A DNA stretch of 64,000 nt from Seison nebaliae (taxonomy: Eukaryota), in contig JALJEE010000149.1 of the NCBI GenBank assembly GCA_023231475.1, positions 1 to 64,000 on the forward strand. Direction: 5' to 3'. Position numbers and translations under genes: made by a program. The notes under the pieces were generated by a model. It worked only from the letters and a program-made list of their open reading frames with translations. It was not told the origin of the DNA and did no database searches. This document shows, piece after piece, positions 12,721 to 28,600 of this stretch (the first letter of the stretch is position 1; the number at the start of each line of letters is the position of its first letter).

Positions 12721-15700
12721 TTAGACAGCTCCAGAAGAATTCCAATTGTGAGTAGTAAATTCTTTGGATGCGAAGTCGCTATTCTGTGCGGTTGTAGGTG
12801 GACTGGAAAGAGATAATGAAGAAGATGACGAAGCGGATAAATTTCGCTTCACATTTCTTTGAGATTTGTTTGGTATTTGTCGTCCATTCTTCAGAATCGA
12901 AATTGGAAATTTGTTTTTGTTTGAAATTGTGTGATTGAGGAACGCTGTGGGATAATGACGATTATTAGAGAAATCTAAAAGTTTCTCCGGTTTCTTTTGA
13001 AGAGATGTGTTCTCGAAATGATGAACTTGTTGGAAATGGATTGTTGACGGCTCGAAACTATTGGGCGAGATATTCGTCTTTGGGAATGGTGGTGGTGATG
13101 TTCTTGAATCAGTTGATAGATTTGAAATGGAAGAACAAGGAGTTAACGACCGTTTAATTTGATCCATTGTACTTCGAGTGTTGGACGTACTTCTTGAGCT
13201 GAATGAAGTTAACGGATCGATAATTTTCGTTTTCTTTCTATATTGATTATCAGCATTCCAAGTCATCTAATTCAAAAGTGAAATGAGAGAAAAGAAGAAA
13301 AAGAAAGAACTTGTGTCGATGAATCGAGTGAATTATCAATGAAATTGTTCGTCTGATTGTCCGTTCCACTTCCACTATTATTACTGGACCCACTACAACT
13401 GGTGATATCGTTACTAACAAATCGAGTATTCTTTTCCTGATTCTTTGCAAACGAAATATGTTTCGATTGTCTGTCTGATGAACTTTCGTCGACAGCCAAC
13501 AAAACTTGATCGGATGATGTTAACGCCGAATCGTTCGATGCCGGACTCTGCGTATCATTCGACATTTCACTCTTTCCCAATCTCATCAATTGAGTGTTAG
13601 GTGCAGTGAATTGTGTGACTGATTGAACAGGTCTAATTATTCGATTAGACACCACGAAATTATCGGACGATTCATCAAATTGATATTTCTTCTCATCAAA
13701 AGTTTTCCGATCGTTAGCTGGGATATTTATACTCAAATTCTCATCAATTATCTTTCTATGTTGTTGTTGTAGTTGTTGTTGTTGTTGGTTGGTGACGTAG
13801 GGAGTACAAAGACCAGAATCGACGGTACGTCTTGAATTCATGAGTGAGTCATTATTTTTCCGATTTGCAATTCCGTAGGAAGAACTCGAACAATTATTTG
13901 AAATATTATTTCCATAATTCATCGTGTTGTTGTTATTGAAATAATTATCGGGATTACTCAACAATTGGGAATGAGGTAAAGTTTGATAGTTTATTGATGT
14001 CTGTCCGTAATTATTCATCGATTGATGATGATGATGATGTGGTTGATTGATGAGAAAGTCTTGTGAATAAGATTTGTCTTTTTTTAAATATTCATCATTC
14101 TGATCACAATGACGACATGATGTATAAATGTTATGATCGACGACATAATTCGTGGGATGATTATCATAATCCTGTGACAGTTTTCCATATTCACTTGGCT
14201 CAAATGTGAACTCGTCGAATTGTTTCAATCGACTACAAGAATTCGGTAATAATCTTTCTTTCTCCAATTCCAATTGTTGAGTTGGATAGCGATTATTAAC
14301 CGTCTCCTCATCCAACTTCATTAACGGTTTTCGTTTCTTGTCGATATCGCAATAATGAATTTCACTTTCGTTGATATTTTGTAATCGATTAATTTCTTGT
14401 TTCGATAACGAGGAGGATAAGGAGGAAGTGCAAATTGAATATGAAACTGGTTGCGACGAATCTTCTTCGGAAGAATTATTAAATTTTTTCGAATTTTCAT
14501 TTGAATTATTCAACGATTGATGATGATGATGTTGATTGATGGACAACTTCTTCTTATGGAAACAATTCTCATTCAACAACTTCTTCGTTTGTTTCTTGTG
14601 TAGGGAGCAGAATTTGGACGAATCCTTCAGAATCCGTTTTTGACAACAACATGAGCAATACTTGTAATATTTATTCAAATGTCTTCTCTTCCGACAAATG
14701 ATACAACAGTAAATTAAGACCGAAATGATGATGAGAAGAATTAATGTGAAGATACATAGCAATATGAGAATTATTGTCGTTTCTTTTTTTTCATTTTCCG
14801 TTTGTCGATGTGTACGATCGGAATTGAACAGATTACGAATTCGATGAAAAAACATTTTAATTCGACCGAAAATTCCCACCATTTTCGGTGTGTTTCGATG
14901 GGATTCTGTTTGTTCGATCAATTGTTCCAATAGACTTAACTGATTTTTCGGAACATTCTTCTCAGGAATTAATCTCCTTTTCAGAAAGGTGTCATATTCA
15001 ACATTCTTTCTCTTGTTCTCTGTTTCCAGTTTGAGTTGATTCAATTCCTGAAGTTGTTCAATTCGTTTCAATTTTAATAATTCTTCCAAATTATTTATTT
15101 GTTGTTTATTCGAATAATTATCTTTCACAACGAAATGTAACGGAACGATACCATGAGCGATAGAGAGATTATTATTCGAATTCGATCGTTTCGATCTTCG
15201 TAATTGTTTCTGATTCATAGATTTAATATTCTTATACAATTCATAATAATCTAACGGACTTTCGACATAATTCCGGAAATTTCCGTCAGTTTCATTTTCA
15301 TCCATAATCTGAATATAAATCGTCAGATGTAAACTATTCGTCGCAACTGAATAGAACCATGGATATTGATTAATGTTATTGATTGTCAAATCACCTTTAT
15401 CACCTGATAAAATCGGTAGTAACATCGAATTAACGATATCTGAACCAGATAACATTTCATTGATAATTTTGGTGGTTAAAGGAAAAGATCGAAAATTGAT
15501 CAGTTTCCGTTTCTTCCTCTCATTATACAAATGAATTTTCTTTTGCAATTCTTCTTTATTGATCATTTTAAATTGATATTGTGTTTGACTACTCTCCAAT
15601 TCACGTTCATTGAAAATATGTCGAAGGAAATAGAAAACTCGTTGCGCTTCCAAAACTTTCTCCAATTCTAAACTCTTCACCAACAACAACGAATCCATTT

Positions 15701-18700
15701 CATCGATTTTGAATAATTTTGAGAGGAAATGGAAAACTTTTTCACTACTCTTCTCACTAATCCAAAGGAATTGTAAAGAATTCAAATAATTCTGCAATAA
15801 TTCGTTGGTATGTGAAGGAACTACCATTGGATATTGTGCACGAACATTCTCGGGAATATTCGAATAAAATGTCGTAATCGGTTTATTGCGAATGAATCGT
15901 TCGTTCTGATAACCAAGAAGCAAATCAGGAATATGTTGGAGAATGTGTTTGTATTGGAATTTCTTATTAATCTTATCCTTATCTTTCACAGCTAATGAAA
16001 ATGTTTTAATTGAGGAATATCCGCTAAGGAATCGAGTTTTTTTTATCTCATCCAAATCCATCACAATACAGTTCTGAAATAAAGCATTATACTCCGGTAA
16101 TGTCGGTCGATTATCATTCAAATCTCGAACATTCAAACGAATTGTCATTCGGAATTGAATTTTATTCTCCATATCTTTAATCTCTATTCCAAACAAAAGA
16201 CAAGAAGATCCGTAAAATCTCATAATTTCTTCTCGATCTAATAAAGTTCGTCGATAAACACGAAAATTCTCTTTCTTTCCATATTTCAATTCGATCTTGT
16301 CATATTGAGGCGAATATTGAAGTTTATGAATTTCATAGAAATTTTTCATCTTACTTGTCACAACCCGAAATAGTTGTTGAGGATTCGATAAATAACCACA
16401 TTCGTGAAGGATATTTCTACGATATCGATAATTTATCGATTTCAATTGTCGTTGTCGAATATGATAATTTTCGATTGTCTTCTTCTCATTTTCCTCATTC
16501 ATCAACGGAACAATTTGGAAATGCATTTTAGAATATTTTTCAGAAACGTCCAAATCGATCAATCGTAAATTGCCAAATATTTCACCTTCCAATGGTTCTT
16601 CGTCGATTTCGAAACTTTGAAAATTTTCCTGATTTTTATTTTTTTCATCCGAAATGAATTTCGGTTGATTATCGTTCAAATCTTTAATGAATAAATTCAC
16701 TCGAACTAATGTCACATGACCATCGGGTGTGTAATAATATGATGGTTTTTGTGAATTGAAATATGAATTTGATGGATTTTTTTCATACTCGTCTAACTTC
16801 ACCGGATATCCGTTATCTTTCAATTTGAGTAATAGAACGAAATGACGACATTGTTCACTATTCAACTTCTTCATCAGATATAATGAAACTCCATTTTTCC
16901 TCAATTTAAAATTGAATAATGATGCCAAATTGATATTGTCTAATTTGTATAAATCATTCAATAATTTCTTTGATTCATTATCGTCCGATGATGTTTGACT
17001 CAATTGATATTGTTGATATAATAATAATTTCAAATAAAACTTCATATCTTCACTTGTCACATTATCGGAATGTTGAATATGAAACCGTTCGATGATTTCT
17101 TTATACATGTCACTCAGAACGGAATGAGAATTATTGAAGTGAGTAGATCGATAGAAATTTTTGATTCGATGTAACAATCGATAAGAACAACCGAATGGTT
17201 GTAATAAATTATTGTGTTCGGTGAGACGTTCTGATTCATCGATATCTAATTCGATTGTTAAACTTTTCATGGAATTCTCATATTTATTATCTTTGTCGTT
17301 GAATTTTAGATGGAGGAATTCCATTCCGTAATAACTGCCGTTCAACGGCGAAATATTCTCCGTCAACGATACATTGATAGTGGGAATGACTAATTGTTCG
17401 ATCATTTTATTCATTTCTTTCACTTTCTTCGATCCGATTAATGACGTCGTCAAATTGAGATGAGTAAAATAATCAATTTTCGGTTGAATCAATTCTGGTA
17501 CGTTATCATTCATATTACCAACTTCAATATAGAAAACAAGTCTTCTGATATTTCTGATGGTTTGGCCGTTATCATTAATACTGATAATTAATCTATAATA
17601 TCGATTCTCTTCATAATCTAATTCTCTTCTCAAAATTAATGATAATATTCTCTCGTTATCGGTCGATAATTTCTTACCATCTAACGATTCTTTCATCATT
17701 TCTTCATGTTCATTCCAATCATTCATCGATGTGTCATCATTTGATTTATCGATGAAATAATGTGTGGATGCACTTCCACTTTGTAATTCGAAATGATCAG
17801 TCGATCGATATTGATGATTTTTTGGAATTTGAAAAAAATTCGAATGAATATTCATGGACTTTTCGAAGTATGTTTGAATTTCAGCCGATGGCCATTCGAT
17901 GGAAGTTGTCTCAAATAATTCGATCGATATCGTTCCATTCTCACCAGCATCGGCATCACGAACGACTAATTCGGCTAATTTCGAATCGATCTCAATACTC
18001 TCCGATAAATGGAGAGTGTATGCCTCATAAATGAAATTCTCATTATTTATCGATAAATTCGGTTGGGAGAGATGTCGAGAAAATTTCAAAAGATTTCCAT
18101 CTTTTCCACCATTTGTCAATTGACTTCCACTCGTTACATCTTTCGTTGAACTTTTCTCACCCAAATCATATTCCTCAAAAACGAACGATGGTTTCGGAAA
18201 GAATAATATGGAAACTTCGGGCGTATTGTCATTGATATCCGTCACATCGATATTGATATAAGCTTTCTGTGGCCAATTCTCCAGACCGTTATCTCGTAAA
18301 CTGATGACTAATTTATAATTTGCTGTTCTCTCACGATCCAAAATTTGACAACGATTTTCATTCGATTTCTGTTTAATTCGAATTATTCCAGTATGAAGTT
18401 CGATGAAAAACGGTGCACCAGATGGTGGTAGAGAGAAGAAAGGAAATGATTCATTCCAGAAAATGGTAAAATTGATCAATTTATTCTTTCCTTCATCTAA
18501 ATCGTCAGCACGAATCATTCCTACATAATCGTCCACGCAAGAATTCTCACTGATTTTCGCATAGAATAAATTGTGTGTGTCGCCACGACCCTTCACTTTC
18601 GGCATATTATCATTAATATCCATCACAGTAATCGTAATCATTTGTTGTGCTTCGTCTCTCGATTTCAACAGGAGTGTATGACGATCACAACGTTCACGAT

Positions 18701-19640
18701 CTAACGATCTCATCAATTTCATTTCTAATTGATTATAATGAATTCGATCGTTCGATAACGATTGGTGATTATTCTCGTCCAATTCAAATAATTCACCCAA
18801 CAGACAATGGGGCGGTGAAATATTCTTCAATTGATAACGATTCTTTTCACGTAAATTATTCGCATCTAAATCGATCGCTGGAAATAAACGATATCTAGTA
18901 CCAACTGGAACATTTTCAGGAATTTGAAATTCGATGGAATCGAATGGAAATTTCGAGATATTATCATCGATATCATCGATCGTGATATGAATCTGTCCAC
19001 GAACAGTAATGCGATTAATTCGTTGACGATTATAAATTCGATGATTATTCGATTCTATTCGATTCATATAAATTATCTCGTATTGATAATGAATGAAACA
19101 TTCGCCACAATAATATGATTTCGATAATTTCTTGTATTGATTGAGATCAGTATAGAAATGTTCATTTCCATTAACATCTTTACGAATCATACGAGTTGGT
19201 TGAATAGCTGAAGATGATGGAAGATATTTCTGTTCTTTTCTCGCATTTCCATTTGTTGCGGTTCGACATATGTTTGAGGAACATAACGATTCTCGATCGA
19301 TAGAATTGTCACCACTTATATCACCATTCTCACCATCAACTTTAAATAAATTATTTGAATATTTTGATTTGATGGAGAAGAATTTGATGTTCGTCGGTGT
19401 ATAATCGTCATGAATGATACGACGAAGATTACGAATTTCTTCTTGTCGAATCGAATGATAACTGTTCAATTTACCAACGGCCTTCTCTTTCACCAATTGA
19501 TTGAGATTAAAGAGAATTGATTGAGAATAACCGTTCTCGACGATATGAACATCATAAATATCGAGCAATAAAATATCCGCACAATAAATGTGATGGAGGA
19601 GAAGAAGGAAGAGAAATGAAACGAAATTTTTTGATTTCAT
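12721..19640 (-). CDS. Protocadherin-like cadherin, ~2,291 aa; exon 1 19640-13311, intron 13310-13267, exon 2 13266-12721
   Basis: Signal peptide, then EC1 with the protocadherin-type DRESLC. Repeated PE/SE-N, DRE/DYE and DxNDN cadherin motifs give six clear EC repeats plus a degenerate seventh. TM TTIILILLCIFTLILLIIISVLIYCCIIC, then a long low-complexity tail. A 44-nt phase-0 GTTCTT...TTAG intron joins the two ORFs. Confidence 0.9.
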
Positions 19641-22600
19641 TTGATAAATTTTGATTAATTGATAATTAAATTACTTGTTGTTGTTGTTGGTGGTGTTAGT
19701 GTTGGTGTTGGAATATTTGTTTGCACGTTCAAAATGAGAAATTTATGAATTAGAAATTTTTCTTCTCATATTCTTCGTTTTTTCGATAAACGTATAACGC
19801 TTGTTAACGTTCGATGAATGAGATACATTCTGCATACAGACACACCATGATATCAATCTGTCAATTAAGTAGGAGCAAATTAGTGAGAGGGGAATATGAG
19901 GGAAATTATTAGAAGAAAGTGTTGACGCAATTCAATAAACAAAACTCGAATAATTGCCACATAAATTGGCAGTAATGTCATTAATCCGTTTAAAGTCATC
20001 GATACTACTTTCACATCAACAACAAATTTAGTAAATTAATTTCCTTTTACGAGTTCCATGTTGATTTCAAATTAATGGGCGGAATTAATGGGAGGAAAAA
20101 GTGAGTTGAGTGAAAAATTCTCATGATTCGAATTGAGGAGGAGTTGTCATCAATAAAATGTGATGAGATGTGATCAATAGAATTATGGACAGGAAAAAAA
20201 TTGGGAGGAAAAATATTTAGGTAATTCTAAGGAAAATTAGATGAATAGACTAATTCTTTTTCGACTAATTCTAACTCGAACCAGTACAAAATCCATCCTC
20301 TTTTGAACACACGTCTCTTTAGAAAGTATTCAATGAACAGATCAGTATTATCTCCTTGCACCTTTCCTGTCGAAACTAGTCGTCGTAGTCGAATTCGACA
20401 AATATTGACTTATCTTCACATGAATGATGGTGATGAACATCGACATGGAGAAGAAGGAAGACGAAAGTACATTGACACGATGATAATCGTATTTATCACA
20501 TTCCGTGTGAATGCGAGAAGCTTCCTTCTCTCATTATTACGGATGAACGACGCCAGGCCATTCTTTGTTACTGGCATGTGTGTAAGACGTGCAACGATGA
20601 AGAAGAATGATGAACATGCGCTTCGGAAATCCCTTTCACTCATTCTTTTAGATGATCGGTTTTTACATTTCAAACTATCATCTCCCCTCGCACATGTTCC
20701 TTGCTCATATCAGTTTCAAAGAAGAAGAAGAAAGTGATGCAATTGTAAATTGAATTAATAGATATTTCAGTTGAGCTTCAAAATGCCATATCGAAAGTCG
20801 ATTACATGTCACATCGGTTGGAAGAGAATGAAGAAGAAGAAAAAGAAGAAGAAGAAGAAAAGATGAGATGGAAGACGATTAGACGATAGTTCAATTGAAA
20901 TGTTATTGAATGATTAAAATGGAGAAGATGGTGACTGAATGGAAACCACATCAACGAGTTATGGTACTTCACATTTCATCTGAATGAACGATTTCTTTCA
21001 AATCATCATCATCATCATTCCTTCATGAAATATATCTTTTATTCTCAGTCATATCTTCTAATTACATAAGATTACGTCTTGGAGTGTAGAGATATATGAG
21101 AAGGATTTGTGCATAAATTCCTCTTCTCCCTCACATGAACAGTTCTCCTCTTACCAATACATGTACACATTTTACATTTACTACTTCACCTTCATCACAA
21201 ATCGTAGTTGATCGAATTAGAAGAATACCGGGTATTGGTAGGGAAATTGGTAGGTGGTTAAAATGAATTGAATAAATACAACATTCCTTTCTTCACTTAC
21301 TTCATTCTATTACTATTTCATTGTGCTTATGACTAGATTTACTTTCGTTTATGATGGTGAAGTAACAAAATTGTGGAGTAGAAAAAAACCTTCGGAACTA
21401 CCAGTACCAAAGCATTAGATAAGTTGATAATCATTATTCTTCTTCATAACATTTATTTATTCATTCATTAATATCTACCTATATTCATCCTGCACCAACT
21501 ACCTTACCAACACTAAAATACGCCACAAGAAACTAATCGAAACTATAAAATTAAAATTATTAACTCCATTTTTTTATTCGGAGAGCGAATCTAGTACGAT
21601 TGTACAATCGAACAAAAAAATCTTCAAGAATAATTATACGATACCATTTCCCCAATTCTCTTTCATTCCCATATCATTTCCAAAATTAACATCTATATCA
21701 ACAACAACAACAACAACACCGATTTTCACTCCATTACCATCATTATTATCATTTGTTTGCTATAGTTAATGCAAATTTCTTTTTAGGAGAATGTCATTGT
21801 GATAGTAATCTCTTAGAGAAAATATATCAAATATTCTTCACCTTTCTCTCATTATTGTTGTAGGACGATGAGGAATATGAAGGAATTTCATGAAAATTTC
21901 TTGGAAGAACTATTTTCTCCTTTGGAACATGTCGATCAAATTGCCCAATAATAATATTGAGTTATATAAATTTTCAATTCACGAATTGAATATCGTGGAA
22001 ATTGGATCGAGAGAAGGGAGGAAATGGAGGAAAGAAAAGGAAATTTTCATTCTTACCTTGAGTACTAGTTCGATCTCCATAGTCACTTATATTGTGTCAT
22101 AGTCGATTAGATGAACATTCACGAGGGAAGTAGTCGTAATAGTAGTAATATGAGCAAACTAGAGATTGAACTCTTCTCCACAAATCTTAATTCACTTGAT
22201 CATCTAGTTAAGGAAGTCATTCATTAATCTCTCTGGTGGTAGAGGAACATTTACAATTAGACCACATTCTTCCAACAGGTAAAATGAGAATTTAACGTGT
22301 TGAAAGTTTAATGAACGATATTCCATCATTTACAGTACAACATTCCTCATTTCCCAAGACTAAGTTCGTTGTTGATTCAATCCACTTTCTTTAAGTAACA
22401 TTAGCGAAGTTGGTGTTGATAGGTGAGAATATGAGATGAGAACATACTTTCAGTCTCGAGGAAATTTATTAGAATAATATTCGACTTCAAATCGAATCGA
22501 TCTGAATATTATTGAAATAATCGTCGATCCTCTTTCTTTAATGTGCAAAGAAAGTTGGGAGAAATATCCTATTTGTTTTATGTTTAGTATGTCGTCCTCC

Positions 22601-25600
22601 TTCTCTCTTCCTTTCATCAAACGGAGATCAGTTCAGATCATATCCATCAAATCATATTACGTGCTATTATCACGATGAATCAAAATAAATAAAATGAAAA
22701 TATTTATGAAAATCACTTTTCACCATAAACTAATGAACTTGACGTTGGAACATATATGAGATATAATTGAAAGATCAACAAACATCTCAGATTTCTTTCT
22801 TTTTCCAATCATAGTCTCACTGTAGAGTCACAGTAATGTTTGCATGAAATTCCTCTTTCAACCGGCTACTTAAACCAGAATTAATCGATGTCTTTAAACA
22901 CTTCAATATTTGCATATACGCAATTCCGTCCGAATCTCTCACAATTATTCGCTGCCATTCAATAAAAGACAATGGTAAGTTCAATAATCAACGGAAAGAA
23001 AGAAACTGATGAAGATGAAAGTGATTATTCGACTGCTTATAACAATACATCAAGTTTCCTTTTCCTTTTTCTGAAGTTGATCACTTGAGTAAAAGAAAAA
23101 AATGATTAAACATGCGGATATTCCTAATCAAAATAAAGAATTGATGGACTGAGAAATATTGGATGAGAATGAGATAAAAGTCTCCTTAGGTTACTCTTAT
23201 ACGGGAAGTGTATCATCACAATTAAAAAAGAGAATTCATGAGGAATTGTTTAGAGAATTAATTCGTGAGAAAAACTCTCAATTTTCATACGAACAACAAT
23301 CTAACTAAAATTTCATTATCATCAATTGAAGTAAATCCACGAAGATTAACTAATTTCGATTAACAGATAAATAAATTAATTTGTCAATCTGATGATTTGA
23401 ATGAAATATATATATGGTAAGAAAAAGTTAAAAAAGAATCACGTTTGTTTGACGAAGCAAAAAGTAGAATGAAAAGTTGAAACAAATCGGTTGCGTAATC
23501 GACAATAGAGAAGTGTGAACAAATGAAATTCCATCATCCGGCTTCAGTTACTACACTTGACCAGGAGTCATGAATTATTTACAATAAACATATTCATCAA
23601 TTTGCATCGTCAATTCTTACTCGTTTTCACGTTCCCTCATTTCCACTAGTACTCGATGATTATACAAAGAATAATGAACAGTACATGGTAGAGTGAGATC
23701 GGAAGAAGATTTTTTCTTATTCTGCTTCGAAATTGATTGTTTTTTTGGGGAAGACTGATATCATAACCAAAAGTGGACTTTGTTACAGAAACGAACTTAT
23801 ATTTCTTTACTTTTCACTCAATTTCTTTTTTATTTGTTTTATTATCCTCTGGACTTTACGTAATAATGAGAATGCAGTTACCATATCATGTTACAGTAAA
23901 CTCTAATGGAAATCCAAAATAAATTGTGGTTGTGAAAGGTAGAATGACTCGTGGCTAAAAAGAATATTAATAAACAAAAAATTGATGAGAAATAAACCTA
24001 TTTCTCATATCGGAAAGATGAGATTCTCTTTTTCATCCACTCCCAATTCATCCACCTAAAGCGGAAAATTTTGATGTAACAACTGAATTTAGTTGTAGTG
24101 AATTTTACATAAGAATTTATCTGACGACTTATCTCATAATAAATATTAATGGAATCTACTACTTTTCTGGAATGGAATACAAATCGTCGTGGAAAACGAG
24201 TTTCTGGATTGAAAAAATGTTTTTACAAAAACTACTCATGTTATCAGTGGGAGTAGAAAAAAGTGGGTATAGAAATACAATTTTTATTTAGTGTATCTCT
24301 TTTATAGCCATCGTCCTACAACGATGTTAAAAACGAAGTGTCTATATAACTACCCAAAAGAAGAAATGAGATTAATGGAAATAAATTGAGTAAAACTCAA
24401 TTTCTCAAAGAAGACAAGTCCTAATAACAATTAATAACCATTATCCCAAAAGAATTAATTTCATAGACACATTTACATCTCTTCGGATGAAACATCTATT
24501 TGTATTATTAGTAAACAATTAAGATTAATCAGTTCCAGACGGTCCGAATTGTTGAGAGTATTATTTCCCATTGACGATAATATCGGTCGTCAATTATTTG
24601 GGAGTATCACCAAATTATATCAACCTTCGTTACTCGTCATAATGTTAGAAATAGTCACAACAGACGTTTATTTTACTAATTGAAAAAGATTAAGAGTTTT
24701 TCCTTCTTATTAAACGAAACTTTCACCAACGAATGTATATTCACCGCAGATGGTTAGGACCTGAATATCTTCCACTAATAATGTGGTTTCTCATTTTTCG
24801 GGAGAATCTCTTTCTCATTCAGACGGAAAATTAACTGAAGGCATCGTAGCCGATGGTGATAGCGACTAATAAGAAGATGAAAATTGACGATAATTTGGCG
24901 GGGAAATCAAAAGGAAAAATTGTTAAGAATTTGGTGATCTATTGAACTAAATTTCTAAGTTAAAATAAGATCAAAAATTAATTGATTATGAAAAATGGAT
25001 AATTTCTCCTTAAAATTTCAAGTATTCTCTTCAAGATCCATTTCATTCGTACAACAATGACATTCGTGAGACGAAAATGTAAGTGAAAATAAATAGTTTT
25101 GGGGAGAGTTCAGGTTGGCATAGTTTTCTCTAGATCATTTTCCAATAAATTTGTTCTAGAACTTTTTTTGGTGAAATGAAGGGGGGAGTGAAATGAAACG
25201 ATAAATGATTATGTCTACTTAAAAAACGTTTTATTTCTCTTTATCATTACCATTCTTGGTAATCAACTCAATGGTCTTTTTAGTGTTTTCCGATGTGGAG
25301 AAAAGTGGAAAGAAGAAAATTTAAGAATGAATTGGTGTTCGGTCAAAAATGCAATATTTCTGCCGTCGATATATATGTCCAACTGTGAATGAAGGTAATG
25401 AACGATCGATTATTCCTTTTACGATTCAGTGATAGCGGAAAAAGTAAATGAGACGTCATTTGTTCGAAAGAGAAGATAGGAGAAGAAAGACATCCCGCTA
25501 ATTGCCAAGTGTCGAATGATTCCAGACGAATCTATTTGTTTTCCGTTAAGAAACTGTATTAGAATGGCGGTGGATTCGTAAACAAAGTAATCGTTTGTCT

Positions 25601-28600
25601 TTTCATCCGTTACGCTAAGGAAAGTTGATGACGCCATTCAAAGATGAATTAGAGGGGAAAGAAGATGTACTTCCGAAATGGAAATACTACGAAACATTTC
25701 ATATCCAATTTCATGACTCGAACTCATGAGAGAGAGGTGGATGGAATGATGGAATTAGGGAAGATTTCTGTTTGAAATATGCATTGCGGAATGAAGATAA
25801 GGAAAGATTGGTTGTGTGAATATGATTCAAGAAATCGAAGTACAAAGTCTTTTAAATCGATCATTATCAATGTATGATGGAAAATAATGATGATTTGATG
25901 TATATACATATGATTCATAAACTAAATTCATATGAAAAGGTATGAAAAAAGTTTTCTTTTTGATCATAATCACGATAATCATAATGATGATGATAAAGAC
26001 GGAGTGAAAGAAAGACGTTGTTTATTTAGTGAGAATTACGTCCAAAAAAAGAAAATCAATTTTCTTTTCTTAACATCCTCCTCAAATGAATATTATCTTA
26101 AGTGGAATTGGAATGAGAAGGAATTGTTTAGTGGGAGAAGCATCATCGCCACAGTCATCTGGCGAGTACCGAAATCACCCCATTCTTCTTTTATTTCACC
26201 GAAGAACAATACGACAAATGTTCGATTCTCCAAAATTGGATCCACATAGATTATATTGTGAAATGAGGTCATTCCATTTACAACAATCAAAGAATTTAAT
26301 GGTCAGGTGCTAAAGAAACGCTTCTCTTTTCATCAATTCAACATCTTCATTTAATTGCCTCGTTCCTATCAGATGATGAATTGTCCATCATTCTTTTTTC
26401 ACTTAGGACGAATTTCCATTGAAGAATAAATTCAAAAAAAAAATGTTTTTTTCAGCACAATAGCCTATTATCAGTTTAGTGAAATTGAAGATTTCTTTCG
26501 TTTTTTATTTCAATGAAGAAATGTCCGAATGGAAGCAGAATGATGATGGACAATTGATAGAATGATTTTCGTTTCAGTTGATTGAAGGTAAATGATATCG
26601 ACTAATGGAGATGGAAGAGAAGATGAATAATCATTATCGTCGACGGGATATTCGCCATCAAATTAATTAAAATGGACAACGAAACGATGAAGAGATAATA
26701 TTGGAACGAGACATAATAATGTTTAGCATTCCCATCAGCCGTGACAGTGTGACACTTACGGCAAGAGACAGACACTCATCGACTAATTCCTACCCGTAAT
26801 ATTCACATGTACATATTTATTGATTTTCGCGACACAGTAATCGGATTTGAAGTCAGAAATGACTGAGTCATTCGGCAAGTGATTTCGATGGGGAGGAATT
26901 GCACGATAAATGATAATGTTCTCTACTGTCAAAAAGATTAATGATGAAGCGCGAATTCGGTTCCCATTATTCTCCAAATGACCCACATCCGTACATAGCG
27001 GCCGAATGTTCTTGTTATGAGAATAATAGAAAGAAATATTAATTGAAAATATTCTGTTGATACGTTTGTTAATGCCCACCGGAGATTTGCTCCATCGTCA
27101 CATGCAAACATTCTTTCTTCATCTTTTCTTCTTTCTCCACCACTACTTGTTACTCATATTTCCATATGACATATCTTTTGGCAAGTGGACTTATCTGATA
27201 CAATCCTCCACAATCAGCTGTAATGTTTTCCATTCATGATTGACATATGGAAGTGACTCGATTTTACATCACCATGACAACAAGGTAAATGTTTACATTG
27301 ATGATTTGAATTAAATTTTCTTCTCTACGAGAGAATTAATTGAAAATAAGAAATTACTTCAACTACTTGTCATTTTATCCGTTTCATTGAATATGCACTC
27401 TCATCATCAACATCATCGTCATCGTCATTTGAATATTATCATCGTGATAAATGTGAAATAAATGATTGGTGGGGGGTTAAGTGAAGAAATTTGTTGTTTT
27501 GAAAATCGAAGTGTGAAATTTTCTATTTTCACAATTTAACAACATTCCTTTTCACTAAATAATTTATAAATTTGACATCTAATCCGATATCGATATGGAA
27601 AGTAGGTGGGAGAAAGACGAATAAGACGAACAAAAAAGAAAACTGATGGAGAGAATGAAGATAATTTAGTTGTCTTAATATTTAATAGGTAGTTGTGGAA
27701 TGGTGGAAACATGACATATTATATCATTTATATGACGAATCAGGAATTAAGATTAAATTGATGATAAAATATTACAATTAGAGAATGGCATCGAATGGCA
27801 TTCTTTTAATGTAGAAATTACGGATAAATGAGAAACATGGTAGTAGTAACGTTGAAATGGATTAACCCGAATAAATCAAGGAACTAAATGGGATGGAGTT
27901 GGAGGCGGAGTGATAACCAGGAAAACTGTCAATCTGATTAACAAATGAAAAATCATTGACCTTCAGATCTGATAACATTTTATCTTTGGCGGCATTTCTA
28001 ATTACAAAGACGTCTTGAGATTTTCCAATGAGATGGGAAGATATCAGAATAAATGAATAAATAAAAGAAACTGAATTAAGATAAATATTTGAGGTGAAGC
28101 ATATCGATTCATCGAAATCATAGATTGTTGACGGAATTCATCGACAATCAGTCAACTTCTATCATCATGCTAATCGACATCGTTTAATTTCCCTATTTCC
28201 CTCCATCCAAAATCTAATTGCATTCATCTCCTTGTTGTTGTTGGTGATGGTGGTGTTGTTTGGAAGTGCATTCTTCCTCCATTTCCTCAACTTTTCTTTT
28301 CTTTTTTAAGACATTGATCTCATTGACGGGATGCAAATTCAACTCATCTATCAACATGATTCCCATCTCATTGTTCCAGTGGTTTCTTCTTTTTCATAAT
28401 TAACCATCTGGTGTGAAATGTTTAGACGAACACACATTAACTCCATCTCTCTTATTCAGTTTTCGTTCACAGATGATCATCGTATGAATAGAAGGGAAAT
28501 ATAAGAATTTTTCTTACATGAGAAAAAATGAACCATAAAATTATGATATTTGACACCAGAAGTACTTGAAGATGAAGATATTAGTTGATATTTACAAAAT

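Noticed and set aside
20303..20737. 144-aa plus-strand ORF in the gene-free stretch
   Set aside because: TTG start, no recognisable domain, and a similar antisense ORF; consistent with chance.
21329..21365. TGACTAGA miR-279-like seed
   Set aside because: No convincing pre-miRNA hairpin with a complementary arm.
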